Positions 54,135 through 63,902 of a DNA stretch of 64,000 bases are shown piece by piece. Within the stretch, counting starts at the first letter, position 1; every line of letters begins with the position of its first letter. A program made the position numbers and the translations under genes. Origin of the DNA: Parcubacteria group bacterium (lineage in GTDB: Bacteria > Patescibacteriota > Minisyncoccia > Minisyncoccales > UBA10102); assembly GCA_016203945.1 (NCBI GenBank), contig JACQLT010000001.1, forward strand, positions 6,645-70,644. Reading direction: 5' to 3'. The notes beneath the pieces were generated by a model. That model did not search any database. It was given only the letters and a program-made list of their open reading frames with translations, and was not told the origin of the DNA.

Positions 54135-54914
54135 TCATTTGTCTTTCTTTGCTTTTTTTCGAAAAGGAGTAAGCGCCGTCTGCACCGCCTCCCGGTACGT
54201 GCAGAATTCGCACTCTGCTCCTGCGCGCGGAAGCTCGTCTTGCATCAAAGTCAGCTTCGCCTGTTTGAGCATATCCCCAACCCAGGAATCGTCTCCCTTG
54301 TATGGGATGACTTTCACGTCAAACTCAAGCTTTGCGTCAAACGCCTTGGCGTCCGCTTTTCCGTTCACGTATACGAAGTATCCTACTGGCGAAACCCTGA
54401 ACCCGTTCTTCCGCATCAGCCATTGGTAGATTTCAATCTGGCGCTTGTACCCCTGCTGCCAGTCGGCGTCAATGTTCACCTCCCCGTTCTTTGCGGTTGC
54501 CTTGTAATCAACGACGTGCAGCTCTCCTGCCGCGTTCTCCCAGATATCGTCCACTCCTCCCGTCACCAGAAAATTCGTTTCAGGATCAAGATATCGCACT
54601 CCCTTGAAGGGGTCTCTCCACTCGTCCATGAGCGCGTGCTGAAAAGGGACCGCCTCAATACCGTAGGCCTCCATGAGAGGATGGGGGGTGGCGCTCGCGC
54701 GATGTCCGTCAAACTCCTTTTTCAAGAGCGTGTCCACGGCGGCGTTCAGACTGAATGGGTACCCGGGGGGCTGGTCTACGCCGAGGCGGCGGTCGATATA
54801 AAAGCATCTGGCGCATTTGATGAAATTATCCAAACGGCTCCTGCTTAGAACAAAGGGTTCCTTGGAAGCTACGTCAAATACGTTTTTTTTCCGTTTTCCT
54901 GGGTAAAAGACCAT
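54135..54914 (-). CDS. PD-(D/E)XK nuclease family protein (second, distinct)
   Basis: GGVDDIW...VVDYKAT (D...DxK), QIEIYQ, CARC and CEFC pairs; start MVFYPGK. Confidence 0.6.
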   Translation of the reverse strand: MVFYPGKRKKNVFDVASKEPFVLSRSRLDNFIKCARCFYIDRRLGVDQPPGYPFSLNAAVDTLLKKEFDGHRASATPHPLMEAYGIEAVPFQHALMDEWRDPFKGVRYLDPETNFLVTGGVDDIWENAAGELHVVDYKATAKNGEVNIDADWQQGYKRQIEIYQWLMRKNGFRVSPVGYFVYVNGKADAKAFDAKLEFDVKVIPYKGDDSWVGDMLKQAKLTLMQDELPRAGAECEFCTYREAVQTALTPFRKKAKKDK

Positions 54915-54930
54915 ATAGTTGTATTTTACC

Positions 54931-56109
54931 TTATGCCGTCTTTGTGACCAATACTGACTTTGCAAAAAATAACGAGCTCCCTATCAAAAACAGAGCTCCC
55001 AGAAGAAATTGGCTATGGATGCCAGCTGCATTGATGAGAAATCCTCCTACGAGCGGCCCTATGACTCTTCCTAACGACTCAAAAGAAAAGGCAAGGCCCA
55101 TGGTGGTTCCCTGCCCCTCTCTTGTTCCTTTGGAAAGGAGCGCGTTTACCGTGGGCCGCATTAATGCGGATCCCAATGTGGAAACTGATACGAATAAAAA
55201 CAGAATCCCAAGATTTGGAGCATATGAAATAAGCGCTTGTCCTGCTGCCATGCCAAGGCCGCCCGCAATGATCGTGCGAAACTCACCAAACTTTTTCACT
55301 ATAAAAGGCAGAAATACCCATTGCACAAAGGCGGCCACGCTTCCCATCCAGGCAAACACCACTCCGATTTGCTGCTCATGGAACGACAGCTGCTGCTCTG
55401 CAAACAACGGAAACCCTACCTCCAGATTCGCCAGGGCGAATGCCCAGGCAAAGAGCATAAAAAACAGAGTTCCAAATTCTCCCCTAAATCCGTGAAGGAT
55501 TGCTTTCACGTTAACCAATCCTTCTTTTAATACAAGCTTCTCTGCTTTTGCGGTCAGGGATTCGCGCAAGAAAAAGAATATGAACGTTGCGTTTAAAAAG
55601 GCTAATATGCCTGCTGCCACAAAAGGAAATGCGGGCGCAAAACCCGCCAACAGTCCGGAAGCTGCGGGCCCCACGATAAATCCCAAGGCAAAAGTCGCAG
55701 TCAGTCTACTCATATACGTCACTCGCTCCTCTTTTGAAGTGCTGTCTCCGATGTAGGCAGCGGCAATGGGAAATACCCCAGAAGAAAATAATCCGTGCAC
55801 CGCGCGCGCGATGAAAAGCCAGAACAAAGAGGGGGCGAGTCCAAACGCCACAAAGGAACCCGCGGTCCCTAAAAGAGCTACTACAAGCACGGGTTTTCTT
55901 CCATATCTGTCGGAGATGCGACCTACGATGGGTGAGACCAAAAACTGGGTGATGGAAAAAGAAGCTGCTAAAAATCCCAGCTGCAAAGGGGTGGCCCCGA
56001 AGTGCTGGGCATAAAAAGGCAAAAGCGGGAATACCATTCCGTATCCCACGATGGTGATAAACGCCGCTAAATATAAAAAAAGAAGGCGATGCCCCAAAAA
56101 TCTTTTCAT
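54931..56109 (-). CDS. MFS transporter
   Basis: 12 TM helices, GRISDRYGRKP motif. Confidence 0.85.
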   Translation of the reverse strand: MKRFLGHRLLFLYLAAFITIVGYGMVFPLLPFYAQHFGATPLQLGFLAASFSITQFLVSPIVGRISDRYGRKPVLVVALLGTAGSFVAFGLAPSLFWLFIARAVHGLFSSGVFPIAAAYIGDSTSKEERVTYMSRLTATFALGFIVGPAASGLLAGFAPAFPFVAAGILAFLNATFIFFFLRESLTAKAEKLVLKEGLVNVKAILHGFRGEFGTLFFMLFAWAFALANLEVGFPLFAEQQLSFHEQQIGVVFAWMGSVAAFVQWVFLPFIVKKFGEFRTIIAGGLGMAAGQALISYAPNLGILFLFVSVSTLGSALMRPTVNALLSKGTREGQGTTMGLAFSFESLGRVIGPLVGGFLINAAGIHSQFLLGALFLIGSSLFFAKSVLVTKTA

Positions 56110-56133
56110 GCCTGTTCCACTATAGCTTATTTT

Positions 56134-56460
56134 CTAGAAAGATTCAATCTTGGCCGCCAAAATGAAGTCGTTTTCGGAGAGGCCGCCGATGGCGTGGGTG
56201 GAAAGATCTATCGCAACCCTCCCCCACCCAAGCTCAATGTCTGGATGATGATTTTCTTGTTCGGCAAGCTCCCCCACCTTGTTCACGAAATCCAAAGCTT
56301 CTTTGAAGTTTTTAAATTTGAACTCCTTGCGTATTGTTATTCCATCAACAATCTCCCAGGGCGTTGTAAGCTGGGAAAGATATTCTTGGATCTGCGCACC
56401 CCGCAAAGGAGCTGTTCCCCCTTCGCATGCTGCGCATTTCTTTTGCGCTAAATCGGTCAT
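56134..56460 (-). CDS. pterin-4-alpha-carbinolamine dehydratase
   Basis: ENHHPDIELGWGRV motif; start MTDLAQKK, ATGA overlap with nth. Confidence 0.8.
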   Translation of the reverse strand: MTDLAQKKCAACEGGTAPLRGAQIQEYLSQLTTPWEIVDGITIRKEFKFKNFKEALDFVNKVGELAEQENHHPDIELGWGRVAIDLSTHAIGGLSENDFILAAKIESF

Positions 56461-57083
56461 TGTAATGAAGGATGTTTGCTGCAATCGTGAGGACGGGCCG
56501 GGCAATACTGTCTGCCGTACTCAATGAGGCGGTACGTGAAATCAAACCATTCTTTCTTGGGCAGGAGCTCCATGAGGTCGCGCTCTATCTTCACGGGATC
56601 TTTGTGGGACGTAAGACCAAGCTTCTGGCTTAGACGCATAACATGGGTATCCACCGCAATGCCCTCAACCACCCCGTATGCATTCCCCAGCACCACGTTT
56701 GCCGTCTTTCTCGCCACGCCCGGGATCCTCAACATCTCTGCCATGGTTCGGGGCACCTTCCCATGATACTCTTTCTGCACCATTCTGGCCGCAGCTAAAA
56801 TATTCTTTGTCTTTGCTCGAAAAAATCCCGTCTGTCTGATGTCTTTCTCAAAGACCCTTGGATTTGCACGCACGTAATCCTCCAGCTTGCGATATTTCTT
56901 GAATAGCTTCTCGGTAACCTCATTCACCTTCTTGTCCGTGCATTGAGCAGACAGTTCTACTGCCACCAGCAGCTCCCAGTTGTTTGAAAAACGCAGGGCG
57001 ATCTTGGCTTTTGGAAAAAGCTTCTTGAGCTTGCGCACGACGGCGAAGGCCCGCTTCTTTCGCTCTGAAAAAGAACCTATCAT
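56457..57083 (-). CDS. nth: endonuclease III
   Basis: HhH-GPD (LRIPGVARKTANVVL), C-terminal Cys cluster. Confidence 0.88.
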   Translation of the reverse strand: MIGSFSERKKRAFAVVRKLKKLFPKAKIALRFSNNWELLVAVELSAQCTDKKVNEVTEKLFKKYRKLEDYVRANPRVFEKDIRQTGFFRAKTKNILAAARMVQKEYHGKVPRTMAEMLRIPGVARKTANVVLGNAYGVVEGIAVDTHVMRLSQKLGLTSHKDPVKIERDLMELLPKKEWFDFTYRLIEYGRQYCPARPHDCSKHPSLQ

Positions 57084-57709
57084 TCCAGTTCAAGCGTGTT
57101 GCCGGTTTCAAGCCCCCGGAACTCAATGCCGTGCTCCTTAAAGTATGCTGCAAGGCGTTCGTACATTGTCTTGCGGGCCTCGTCACGCCAATGCCAGTCG
57201 TGGATCGGAATGACAACCCTGGGCCTGAGTTGCAGCGCTTTCTCTACCGCCTGCGTCGTGCTTCCCCACGGGGCCTGGACCGGAAGTGCAAGAACCTCTC
57301 GCGTCTCAAAAAAAGCGAATGAGTCTCCGGGATGGGTCAGCCGTGAAAACACGTGGAACAAAATGTTTTGAGGGGGAGAGGAAAAAGGCAGCCGTTCATG
57401 GCTGGCTTCAGCAATACTCACATCCTTGTTCCCCCTAGACGACGCCTTGACGCCTTGTTGCTCCAGCAAAAGAACGACCGATGGGTTGCTTATGATTTCA
57501 ACATTCGGAAACTGGGCAAGAATGGTCCTCAAGAACGGAACGTCAAGGTGATCTTGATGCTCGTGGGTAATAAGCACGAAATCCAGCTTCTCTATATACC
57601 GCACATCCAGAGCCTTGCTCTGGAACGTATAGTTCCCAGGGTCAATGAGCGCCGCCTTCCCTTGCTCCTCAACGAGTAGGCACGAATGAACGTATTTGGT
57701 AATCTTCAT
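57080..57709 (-). CDS. MBL-fold metallo-hydrolase
   Basis: MKITKYVHSCLLVE, ITHEHQDH motif; start 57709 overlaps upstream gene by 41 nt. Confidence 0.75.
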   Translation of the reverse strand: MKITKYVHSCLLVEEQGKAALIDPGNYTFQSKALDVRYIEKLDFVLITHEHQDHLDVPFLRTILAQFPNVEIISNPSVVLLLEQQGVKASSRGNKDVSIAEASHERLPFSSPPQNILFHVFSRLTHPGDSFAFFETREVLALPVQAPWGSTTQAVEKALQLRPRVVIPIHDWHWRDEARKTMYERLAAYFKEHGIEFRGLETGNTLELE

Positions 57710-58151
57710 TGGAAACAGACTGGACTTCCCTGGCAAAACATGTGCGGCCTTTTGTGTGATTCCACTGTTCCGCCGAAAAAGGAGTCGTGGTCTTCGTCTT
57801 TGCCTCAACCTGAGAGGAATCCGTGGCAAACACCGCGCAGAGTTCATACGTCTTCTCTCCCAACACCCGGTACTCGTATAGAACCTTGGTCTCGGGATCC
57901 TGGACCGACTGGATGTACGCGAACTGCTGCTGTTTCAAGTCGTCAAATCCCTGCGGAAGCTTTCTCTGCTGCTCCCAGTACATCTGAACTGCTGAGGATA
58001 TCTGCTGAAGGTCAGATGTCCTTCTTTGGTCAAATTGACGAGCGCGCTGTTCTGCCGGACTTCCGACGAGCAGCATACCGTATACCACGGCGGCAACAAC
58101 GCTGCAGATTATAGCTCCCAAGAAGATTGGTGAATGGAAAAATGATTTCAT
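57669..58151 (-). CDS. membrane-anchored pilin-like hypothetical protein
   Basis: N-terminal TM helix then RRTSDLQQISSAVQMYWEQQRKLP, like pseudopilin helix; no GFTLIE processing motif. Confidence 0.35.
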   Translation of the reverse strand: MKSFFHSPIFLGAIICSVVAAVVYGMLLVGSPAEQRARQFDQRRTSDLQQISSAVQMYWEQQRKLPQGFDDLKQQQFAYIQSVQDPETKVLYEYRVLGEKTYELCAVFATDSSQVEAKTKTTTPFSAEQWNHTKGRTCFAREVQSVSNEDYQIRSFVPTR

Positions 58152-58783
58152 GATTCCTTTTCTTCCTTTTGAAGGCCCGCAAGATAGAAGCCGAGAATGG
58201 CCCCACCAATGAGGAACACGACGAGGGACTTCAGTAAGAATCGCATAGTCGTCTCCCCTCCCAATACATTAAAGAGTAGTGAGATGGAGTCTCCGATGAG
58301 GACTCCCGCAACCACTACGAGCGTAAGATACGTGAGCCATTTGCGCACGAGCGACCGGCTGCGCTCAGGATCCTGAGCCGCGGACTTCATGAGTCTCGCC
58401 ATGAGCGCAAGATGAAGCGGGAACGCGATGACCAAAGAAGCAATAGCCATGCGCAAGGAGCTCAAAGAAATGTCCTGCCCGTAGAGGACGCGCGAGGCGT
58501 CCGGAAACCAGCGGTCAATGAACTGGAACAGAAGCGCCCCAAAGCTGAAGGCCGAGATGTACAGGGTGATGAAAGAAAGCAGATAGAGGAATGCTTCTCT
58601 GGCAGCCAAATAGGGCTTGGGTTTTGGAACCGGAAGCGGGAAAGGTACTTGGGTAAAGGCCGAAAGCGCTTTCTTTACCTCTTCTTCCTGCCAATGTGCC
58701 GCAAGAAGGGCATCGCGTATTGCCTGCCTGCTCATCCCCCTTCCTAGGGATTCTTTTACGAATTCCCGAAGATCAGAACTCAT
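58148..58783 (-). CDS. DUF5671-like integral membrane protein
   Basis: N-terminal soluble helix bundle then 4-5 TM helices; ATG 58783 chosen because TACACT lies 6 nt upstream. Confidence 0.5.
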   Translation of the reverse strand: MSSDLREFVKESLGRGMSRQAIRDALLAAHWQEEEVKKALSAFTQVPFPLPVPKPKPYLAAREAFLYLLSFITLYISAFSFGALLFQFIDRWFPDASRVLYGQDISLSSLRMAIASLVIAFPLHLALMARLMKSAAQDPERSRSLVRKWLTYLTLVVVAGVLIGDSISLLFNVLGGETTMRFLLKSLVVFLIGGAILGFYLAGLQKEEKES

Positions 58784-58789
58784 ACTCGT

Positions 58790-58795
58790 AGTGTA
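58790..58795 (-). promoter_or_regulatory. -10 box for DUF5671 gene, leaderless type
   Basis: TACACT, 6 nt to ATG 58783; TTGCGG about 16 nt upstream. Confidence 0.4.
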
Positions 58796-58897
58796 CCTCA
58801 ACAAAGCCAGACCGCAAGGTCAGCTTTCCGCATTTGTGCTACACTCACATCAGAACACCCAGCACATTACCATTACAAAGAAAGTAGAGAGTGTCGT

Positions 58898-60271
58898 ATG
58901 AAGAGAATAGCCGTTGTCGGCGCTGGCATGGTGACAGCGCACGGCAGAAGCAAGGAGACCTGGTCTGCGGTCTGCAATGGAAGGTCTGCTATCGCTGAGC
59001 TTCCGCAGACATGCGAGCTTGCGGCAGACGAAGAGCGCATCGGAGACGCGGCCTTCGAATGCTTTAGGGAGTGCGAAACGACCATCGGAGGATACCTCCC
59101 GAGAGAATGTCTGTCCGGTCTCGTCTTCGCCTCTCGTCCGGCGCTAGCGGTACGGGACATTGAGCGGAGTACGCCCCCAACGCAGTTCGCCTTTGTCGCG
59201 GTTCACGAGGCCCTCTTAACGGCCCGGCTCCTCGGTGAAGACGGGACGCTGCTCCCTCGGTTAGCTGAACGAACCGGTATTTCGCTCGGAAGCGGCATCG
59301 GTTCCTCCTCGAGAGTCGGAGACCTCGCCTCGCGCCTCCTCCAGATTCGGCGCGAGCCGAATGAGGAGACAAGGCAAAAGCTGTTCAGGACGCTGTTGAG
59401 GTCTCATCTGGACTCGGCGGCCACGGCCCTGCCGGACGCCTCCTCGTATCTCTTGGCAAAGACGTTTCAACTGCAGGGGCCTACCAACTGCACAATCAAC
59501 GCCTGCGCCACGGGAGCTGGAAACATCCGGCATGCCGCCATGGAAATCCTCCTGGGATATGTGGACGTAATGGTGGCCGGAGGAACGGAGGCCCTGAGCG
59601 CCATTGCGATGAAGGCGTTCAACATGTACGCCAAAAGCGGCGCTTTGAGCCGGCAAAACGGGCTGGGACCAAGAGCGAGCCGTCCGTTCGATGAAGCCCG
59701 GGACGGATTCGTGCCGGCCGAGGGAGCGGGAGTAGTCGTTCTCATGCGAGAAGAGCTCGCCTCAGACCTCCAGATTCCACCCCTGGCATATCTGGAGGGG
59801 TATGGCGCCTCCAACGACGCCAAACATCTCACGGACCCCGACGTGCACGGCCAGAGCCGCGCCATGAAAGAGGCCATCTCCATGGCAGGCCTCACCCCAG
59901 AAGACATCGGGGCTGTAAAGGCGCACGGCACGTCCACAAAAAACGGGGACGTGGCAGAGCTCAGGAGCATCAGGCAGGTGCTGGGAGAGAGGCGCTGTCC
60001 CATCTGGGCCCCCAAGTCCGTTCTCGGACATACCGTGGGCGCGTGCGGAGGCATTGAAACGGTACTTGCCGTGCTCGCGCTCAAGCACCAGGTCATTCCG
60101 GGAACCATCAACATCGAGAATCCGATCCCGGACTGCGGAGAGGAGCATTTACACAAAGAAGCGTGTTTTCCAAAAATTCCTCACCGCACCACGGAGGCGA
60201 ATGTTCGGCACATGCTGCTCAACTACTTTGGGTTCGGAGGCCAAAATGTCTGTCTCGTGCTGGGAAAGTAA
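58898..60271 (+). CDS. beta-ketoacyl synthase (KAS I/II, FabF-like) orphan
   Basis: Cys-His-His triad contexts NACATGAGN, AHGTSTKNGD, LGHTVGACGG; FGFGGQN C-terminus. Confidence 0.85.
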   Translation: MKRIAVVGAGMVTAHGRSKETWSAVCNGRSAIAELPQTCELAADEERIGDAAFECFRECETTIGGYLPRECLSGLVFASRPALAVRDIERSTPPTQFAFVAVHEALLTARLLGEDGTLLPRLAERTGISLGSGIGSSSRVGDLASRLLQIRREPNEETRQKLFRTLLRSHLDSAATALPDASSYLLAKTFQLQGPTNCTINACATGAGNIRHAAMEILLGYVDVMVAGGTEALSAIAMKAFNMYAKSGALSRQNGLGPRASRPFDEARDGFVPAEGAGVVVLMREELASDLQIPPLAYLEGYGASNDAKHLTDPDVHGQSRAMKEAISMAGLTPEDIGAVKAHGTSTKNGDVAELRSIRQVLGERRCPIWAPKSVLGHTVGACGGIETVLAVLALKHQVIPGTINIENPIPDCGEEHLHKEACFPKIPHRTTEANVRHMLLNYFGFGGQNVCLVLGK

Positions 60272-60291
60272 ATTGGCCAAGGAACCAAAAA

Positions 60292-60322
60292 GGCGGAGAG
60301 TTTCTCTCCGCCTCTTTTTTTT
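60292..60322. terminator. bidirectional terminator between KAS gene and yvcK-like gene
   Basis: ggcggagag-ttt-ctctccgcc flanked by A5 and T-run. Confidence 0.7.
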
Positions 60323-60327
60323 CGCGC

Positions 60328-61287
60328 CTATGCGAGACGCAAAAGGGCCTGGACGATCTTTTCCGCGTCGTGGCGCAAAAGACCCAATTCGTGCCACTTG
60401 TGTTTTACTTCTTCATTGACAAAGTCGCCTTCGATTATCTTAATTCCTTCCAGGTTTTCTTTGTCAATGCGCACGGGTTCGGCCGACTCCTTCCGGAATT
60501 CTTCTATGACTTCTTCGCTCAGATGTTTCGTGTTCACGAGTACGTAATCGAGCACGCCCTTGCCCAGATACTTTTCAATCTCTCGGACGTGATCGGACAA
60601 CGCATACCCTTCCGTAGTATGGGGCTGAGTCATGATGTTTGCAATAAACGCTTTCTTAGCCGAGGATCTCACAATGGCATCCCTGAGATCGCCGACGAGC
60701 AGATTCACGATAACGCTGTTATACAGCCCCCCGGGACCAAGAACGATGAGATCGGCAAGATTCAGAGCATTGATAACCTCGGGAATCGTCTTGAGATTCG
60801 AGGGTTCTGTAAACACTTCCTCAATGGGAGCTCTTGACTCGCGCGGCGACTTGATCTCGTGCTCTCCCCTGACAACAGTTCCGTCGGCCAGCCGAGCGAG
60901 AAGCGTCGCATTTTGAAGCGTACAGGGCAGAACGGTACCCCGAACCTGCAGGATCTTTGAGGCCTCTTGGACCGCCGTCAGAAACGAGTGTTGGATTTCG
61001 CTAAGAGAAGCAATGAGCAGATTGCTCATATGGGTTCCGTCCAGATACCCCTTTGTGAAACGGTAAGAAAACACCTGTCTGAGCCCTTCTGAAGCGTCAG
61101 AAAGCGCAAGCAGAGCGTTCTTAATGTCAGCCGGGGGCAAAACCCCAAGCTCTCTTCTGAGAACGCCCGAGTTCCTCCCATTATCCAGAACCGTTATGAT
61201 GGCAGTAATGTCTACGCCCTTGTCCTTGAGCCCCGCAAGCACGGTTGGCACCCCCACACCCCCGCCGATGATAACGAGTTTCTTCAT
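60328..61287 (-). CDS. YvcK/CofD-family (UPF0052) protein
   Basis: IIGGGVGVPTVLAGLK, GPGGLYNS motifs. Confidence 0.75.
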   Translation of the reverse strand: MKKLVIIGGGVGVPTVLAGLKDKGVDITAIITVLDNGRNSGVLRRELGVLPPADIKNALLALSDASEGLRQVFSYRFTKGYLDGTHMSNLLIASLSEIQHSFLTAVQEASKILQVRGTVLPCTLQNATLLARLADGTVVRGEHEIKSPRESRAPIEEVFTEPSNLKTIPEVINALNLADLIVLGPGGLYNSVIVNLLVGDLRDAIVRSSAKKAFIANIMTQPHTTEGYALSDHVREIEKYLGKGVLDYVLVNTKHLSEEVIEEFRKESAEPVRIDKENLEGIKIIEGDFVNEEVKHKWHELGLLRHDAEKIVQALLRLA

Positions 61288-61883
61288 AGAACAATGCCGA
61301 ACGACTTGAGACCGTCTTCCAGCATTTTGATGTCGTGCTCCCGGAAGAGAACGGTGTTTAAACCAAGAGCCTGGGCCGCCATGACGTTTCGCTCCTTGTC
61401 GTCAATGAAGACTGCGTCTTTTGGCGTAATTCCATACTCATCCAAAATGACGCGGAACGCGCGTTCGTCCGGTTTTCGGATGCCGTGCTCAAAGGAAAAA
61501 TACATCTTATCAAAAAACGAATCCAGATTATGATGCGCAATGAGATGCTCGGCCCACTCCCTGGCATAATTGGAAGAGAGAACCACCGAATGCCGTTTTC
61601 TGAGTTTCTGCACTCGAGAGAGAAGATCCGCGTTAACAACCAAAGAGTCCCTGATTCTCCGCTTCAGATCCTCCTCGTCAGCCTCAATGGACAGCGCCGT
61701 TTTCAGATGTCCCAAGAACTCATATTCGCTTATCTTGCCTCGATGAAGGTCTTTGCGAATCTCGGATGCGTCAAACTCGTGAAACACGTGCGGGGGAACC
61801 TGAAACTCTCCCTGAAGAAACACGTCGTGCCAGCTATCCACGAACACGCGCTCTAGGTCAAAAATGATGAGAGGAAGATTCAT
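61284..61883 (-). CDS. HAD-superfamily hydrolase
   Basis: IIFDLERV (DxD-like motif I variant), SSN, IDDKERN motifs. Confidence 0.65.
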   Translation of the reverse strand: MNLPLIIFDLERVFVDSWHDVFLQGEFQVPPHVFHEFDASEIRKDLHRGKISEYEFLGHLKTALSIEADEEDLKRRIRDSLVVNADLLSRVQKLRKRHSVVLSSNYAREWAEHLIAHHNLDSFFDKMYFSFEHGIRKPDERAFRVILDEYGITPKDAVFIDDKERNVMAAQALGLNTVLFREHDIKMLEDGLKSFGIVL

Positions 61884-62851
61884 GTCGTCTTGAGACGCGA
61901 TTTAAAGTCCCGGACCATAGGAACCTCGCTTGGGTTCTGTTTGTAAAACAACGCGAGATAGTACGCAACCCAATCTGCTAAAATTAAAGAAGAGAATATG
62001 CGTTCGAGTTTCGTCTCGCCCTCTGCGTCAATGATGTGGACGGCAAAACTTTTTTCTTTAAGCATTGCTGCCGATACGTCCACGCGTTCTTGAATGCGCG
62101 GCCTGTCTTCCGGATCTCGCAGAAATACAAACGAAAAACGTTCCGAGAGTGCCCTTGTTGAATCAATGACATCAAAACCCTGCATCTCGTTGTGATTGAA
62201 TTCAGGCAGCTGATTGGCAAAGCAAGGAATTTTTGTTGTCTCGTTTATCTTAATTTTCCACTGAAACGACAAAAAGCGGTTGTGTCGAGAACTATAGAGT
62301 ATGGGTACCTTGCCTTGCAAAGAAGCCGCGATGTTTTTCCCGCGCTCTTCAAGAGCTTCCGGATGCAGGCGTGCGGCTAATTCGCGGGCCTCTCGCTGCA
62401 TCTCTTTTTGCCCCATGAATTCCAAGAGCCCCATGAGCACCCATCCGGTAATGGCATGATGCAGCACATTGGAGCTGGGCAGTTGAATGTACGGAATATT
62501 GTTTTTCTTTGCTATCTCAAGCAATATTCCTCCTGTGCATAACGCGGCTGCCGGAAGATTTCGCCTGATTGCTTCTTTCAAAGCGTCGATCGTTTCCTCG
62601 GTATTTCCGGAATACGAACTTGCAATAAACAGCGTATGGCGTAGAAAATGTTCCGGGAGTTCGGGAAGGCCGTAATCCTGGTGAACGGTAATCTCCAAAA
62701 GCGGCTTGTGTCCGTCGAGAATGTCTGCTGCAAGATGGGAACCTCCCATTCCGATAACGACAAAACGCTCGTATTGTTTCCAGTGTTCCTTATTCTGGAT
62801 TACGGGTTCAAATAAAAACTGGTGGGGAAATGCCTTGATGAATTCGTACAT
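61880..62851 (-). CDS. bifunctional phosphoglucose/phosphomannose isomerase (SIS domain, archaeal type)
   Basis: GMGGSHLAADIL, SSYSGNTEET motifs. Confidence 0.7.
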   Translation of the reverse strand: MYEFIKAFPHQFLFEPVIQNKEHWKQYERFVVIGMGGSHLAADILDGHKPLLEITVHQDYGLPELPEHFLRHTLFIASSYSGNTEETIDALKEAIRRNLPAAALCTGGILLEIAKKNNIPYIQLPSSNVLHHAITGWVLMGLLEFMGQKEMQREARELAARLHPEALEERGKNIAASLQGKVPILYSSRHNRFLSFQWKIKINETTKIPCFANQLPEFNHNEMQGFDVIDSTRALSERFSFVFLRDPEDRPRIQERVDVSAAMLKEKSFAVHIIDAEGETKLERIFSSLILADWVAYYLALFYKQNPSEVPMVRDFKSRLKTT

Positions 62852-62852
62852 A

Positions 62853-63902
62853 TTATGTGCGAAACACTCCCGCTTTTTTCACCATCGCGTCGTTCTGAAC
62901 AATCCATGCATACAGTCGCCGTACCCCTTCTTTGGCGGAAACGCGAGGGGCCCAGCCAAAATCCCGTTGTGCCTTGGAAATATCGGAAATATAAATTTTT
63001 TGGTCGCCGGCCCTCCACGGACCAAAACTATACCGGAACTTCTTTCCAGAAATGCCTTCTAAGATGGCAAACAGCTCCCAGAGAGAAAGCGAGTGGTTCC
63101 TGCCTCCTCCCACGTTGTACACGTTTCCTTTTGTGACGGCAATATGGCTGAATGCAAGATCGTACGCTCGCACGAGATCATCCACAAACAGCACGTCTCG
63201 TACCTGTTTTCCGTTCCCAAAAATGGTAACCGGCTTTTGAAATAGCAGAGCGTTGCAGAACCAGGCAATCCACCCCTGCTCTTCAATGCCGAATTGGTGG
63301 GGTCCGTAAATGCCCGATTGTCGGAATACGACGGTTCGAAGTCCAAAAATCCGCGCGTAGTCAAGAAAATACTGATCCCCGCATCCTTTGGAGCATCCGT
63401 AGGGGCCGTGGAAATCGAGCGGAAAGCTTTCGTCAATGCCCGCGATGGCTCGATATTCGTATCGCCGTTCCTTTTCTGCGACTGGCAAGGCGGTCAATTC
63501 TCCATATACCTTGTTCGTGCTGGAATATAAAGCGGCTGCCTTGCTTTTTGTTTTGCGAAGCACCTCAAGCACGTTAAATGTTCCCAGGGCGTTAATCTCA
63601 AAGTCCTCTCTCGGATTCGTAATCGAGGTCACCATGGTCACTTGAGCTGCCAAGTGAAGCACCCGATCAGGACGATATTTTTTGAATACGGCAAGAAGTT
63701 TTTTATCGTCCCGTACATCGCCCTTCACAAACAAAAAGCTTCCCTTTTGTTTTTTAAGCCATGCTAAATTTTCTTTTGCTCCAACTCGCGAAAGATTATC
63801 GTATACCACCACACGGAATCCCTTTTTTACATAGAAGATGCTTGCATTGGTTCCTATAAACCCCGCGCCTCCCGTGATAAGAATGGTTTTTGTCATAACC
63901 AT
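62853..63902 (-). CDS. NAD-dependent sugar epimerase (CDP-paratose 2-epimerase-like SDR)
   Basis: ITGGAGFIG Rossmann motif, YGCSKG (YxxxK). Confidence 0.8.
   Translation of the reverse strand: MVMTKTILITGGAGFIGTNASIFYVKKGFRVVVYDNLSRVGAKENLAWLKKQKGSFLFVKGDVRDDKKLLAVFKKYRPDRVLHLAAQVTMVTSITNPREDFEINALGTFNVLEVLRKTKSKAAALYSSTNKVYGELTALPVAEKERRYEYRAIAGIDESFPLDFHGPYGCSKGCGDQYFLDYARIFGLRTVVFRQSGIYGPHQFGIEEQGWIAWFCNALLFQKPVTIFGNGKQVRDVLFVDDLVRAYDLAFSHIAVTKGNVYNVGGGRNHSLSLWELFAILEGISGKKFRYSFGPWRAGDQKIYISDISKAQRDFGWAPRVSAKEGVRRLYAWIVQNDAMVKKAGVFRT

Noticed and set aside
59467-60156. 229-aa and other long ORFs antisense to the ketosynthase gene
   Set aside because: High local G+C suppresses stop codons. 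The KS frame has a complete catalytic triad.
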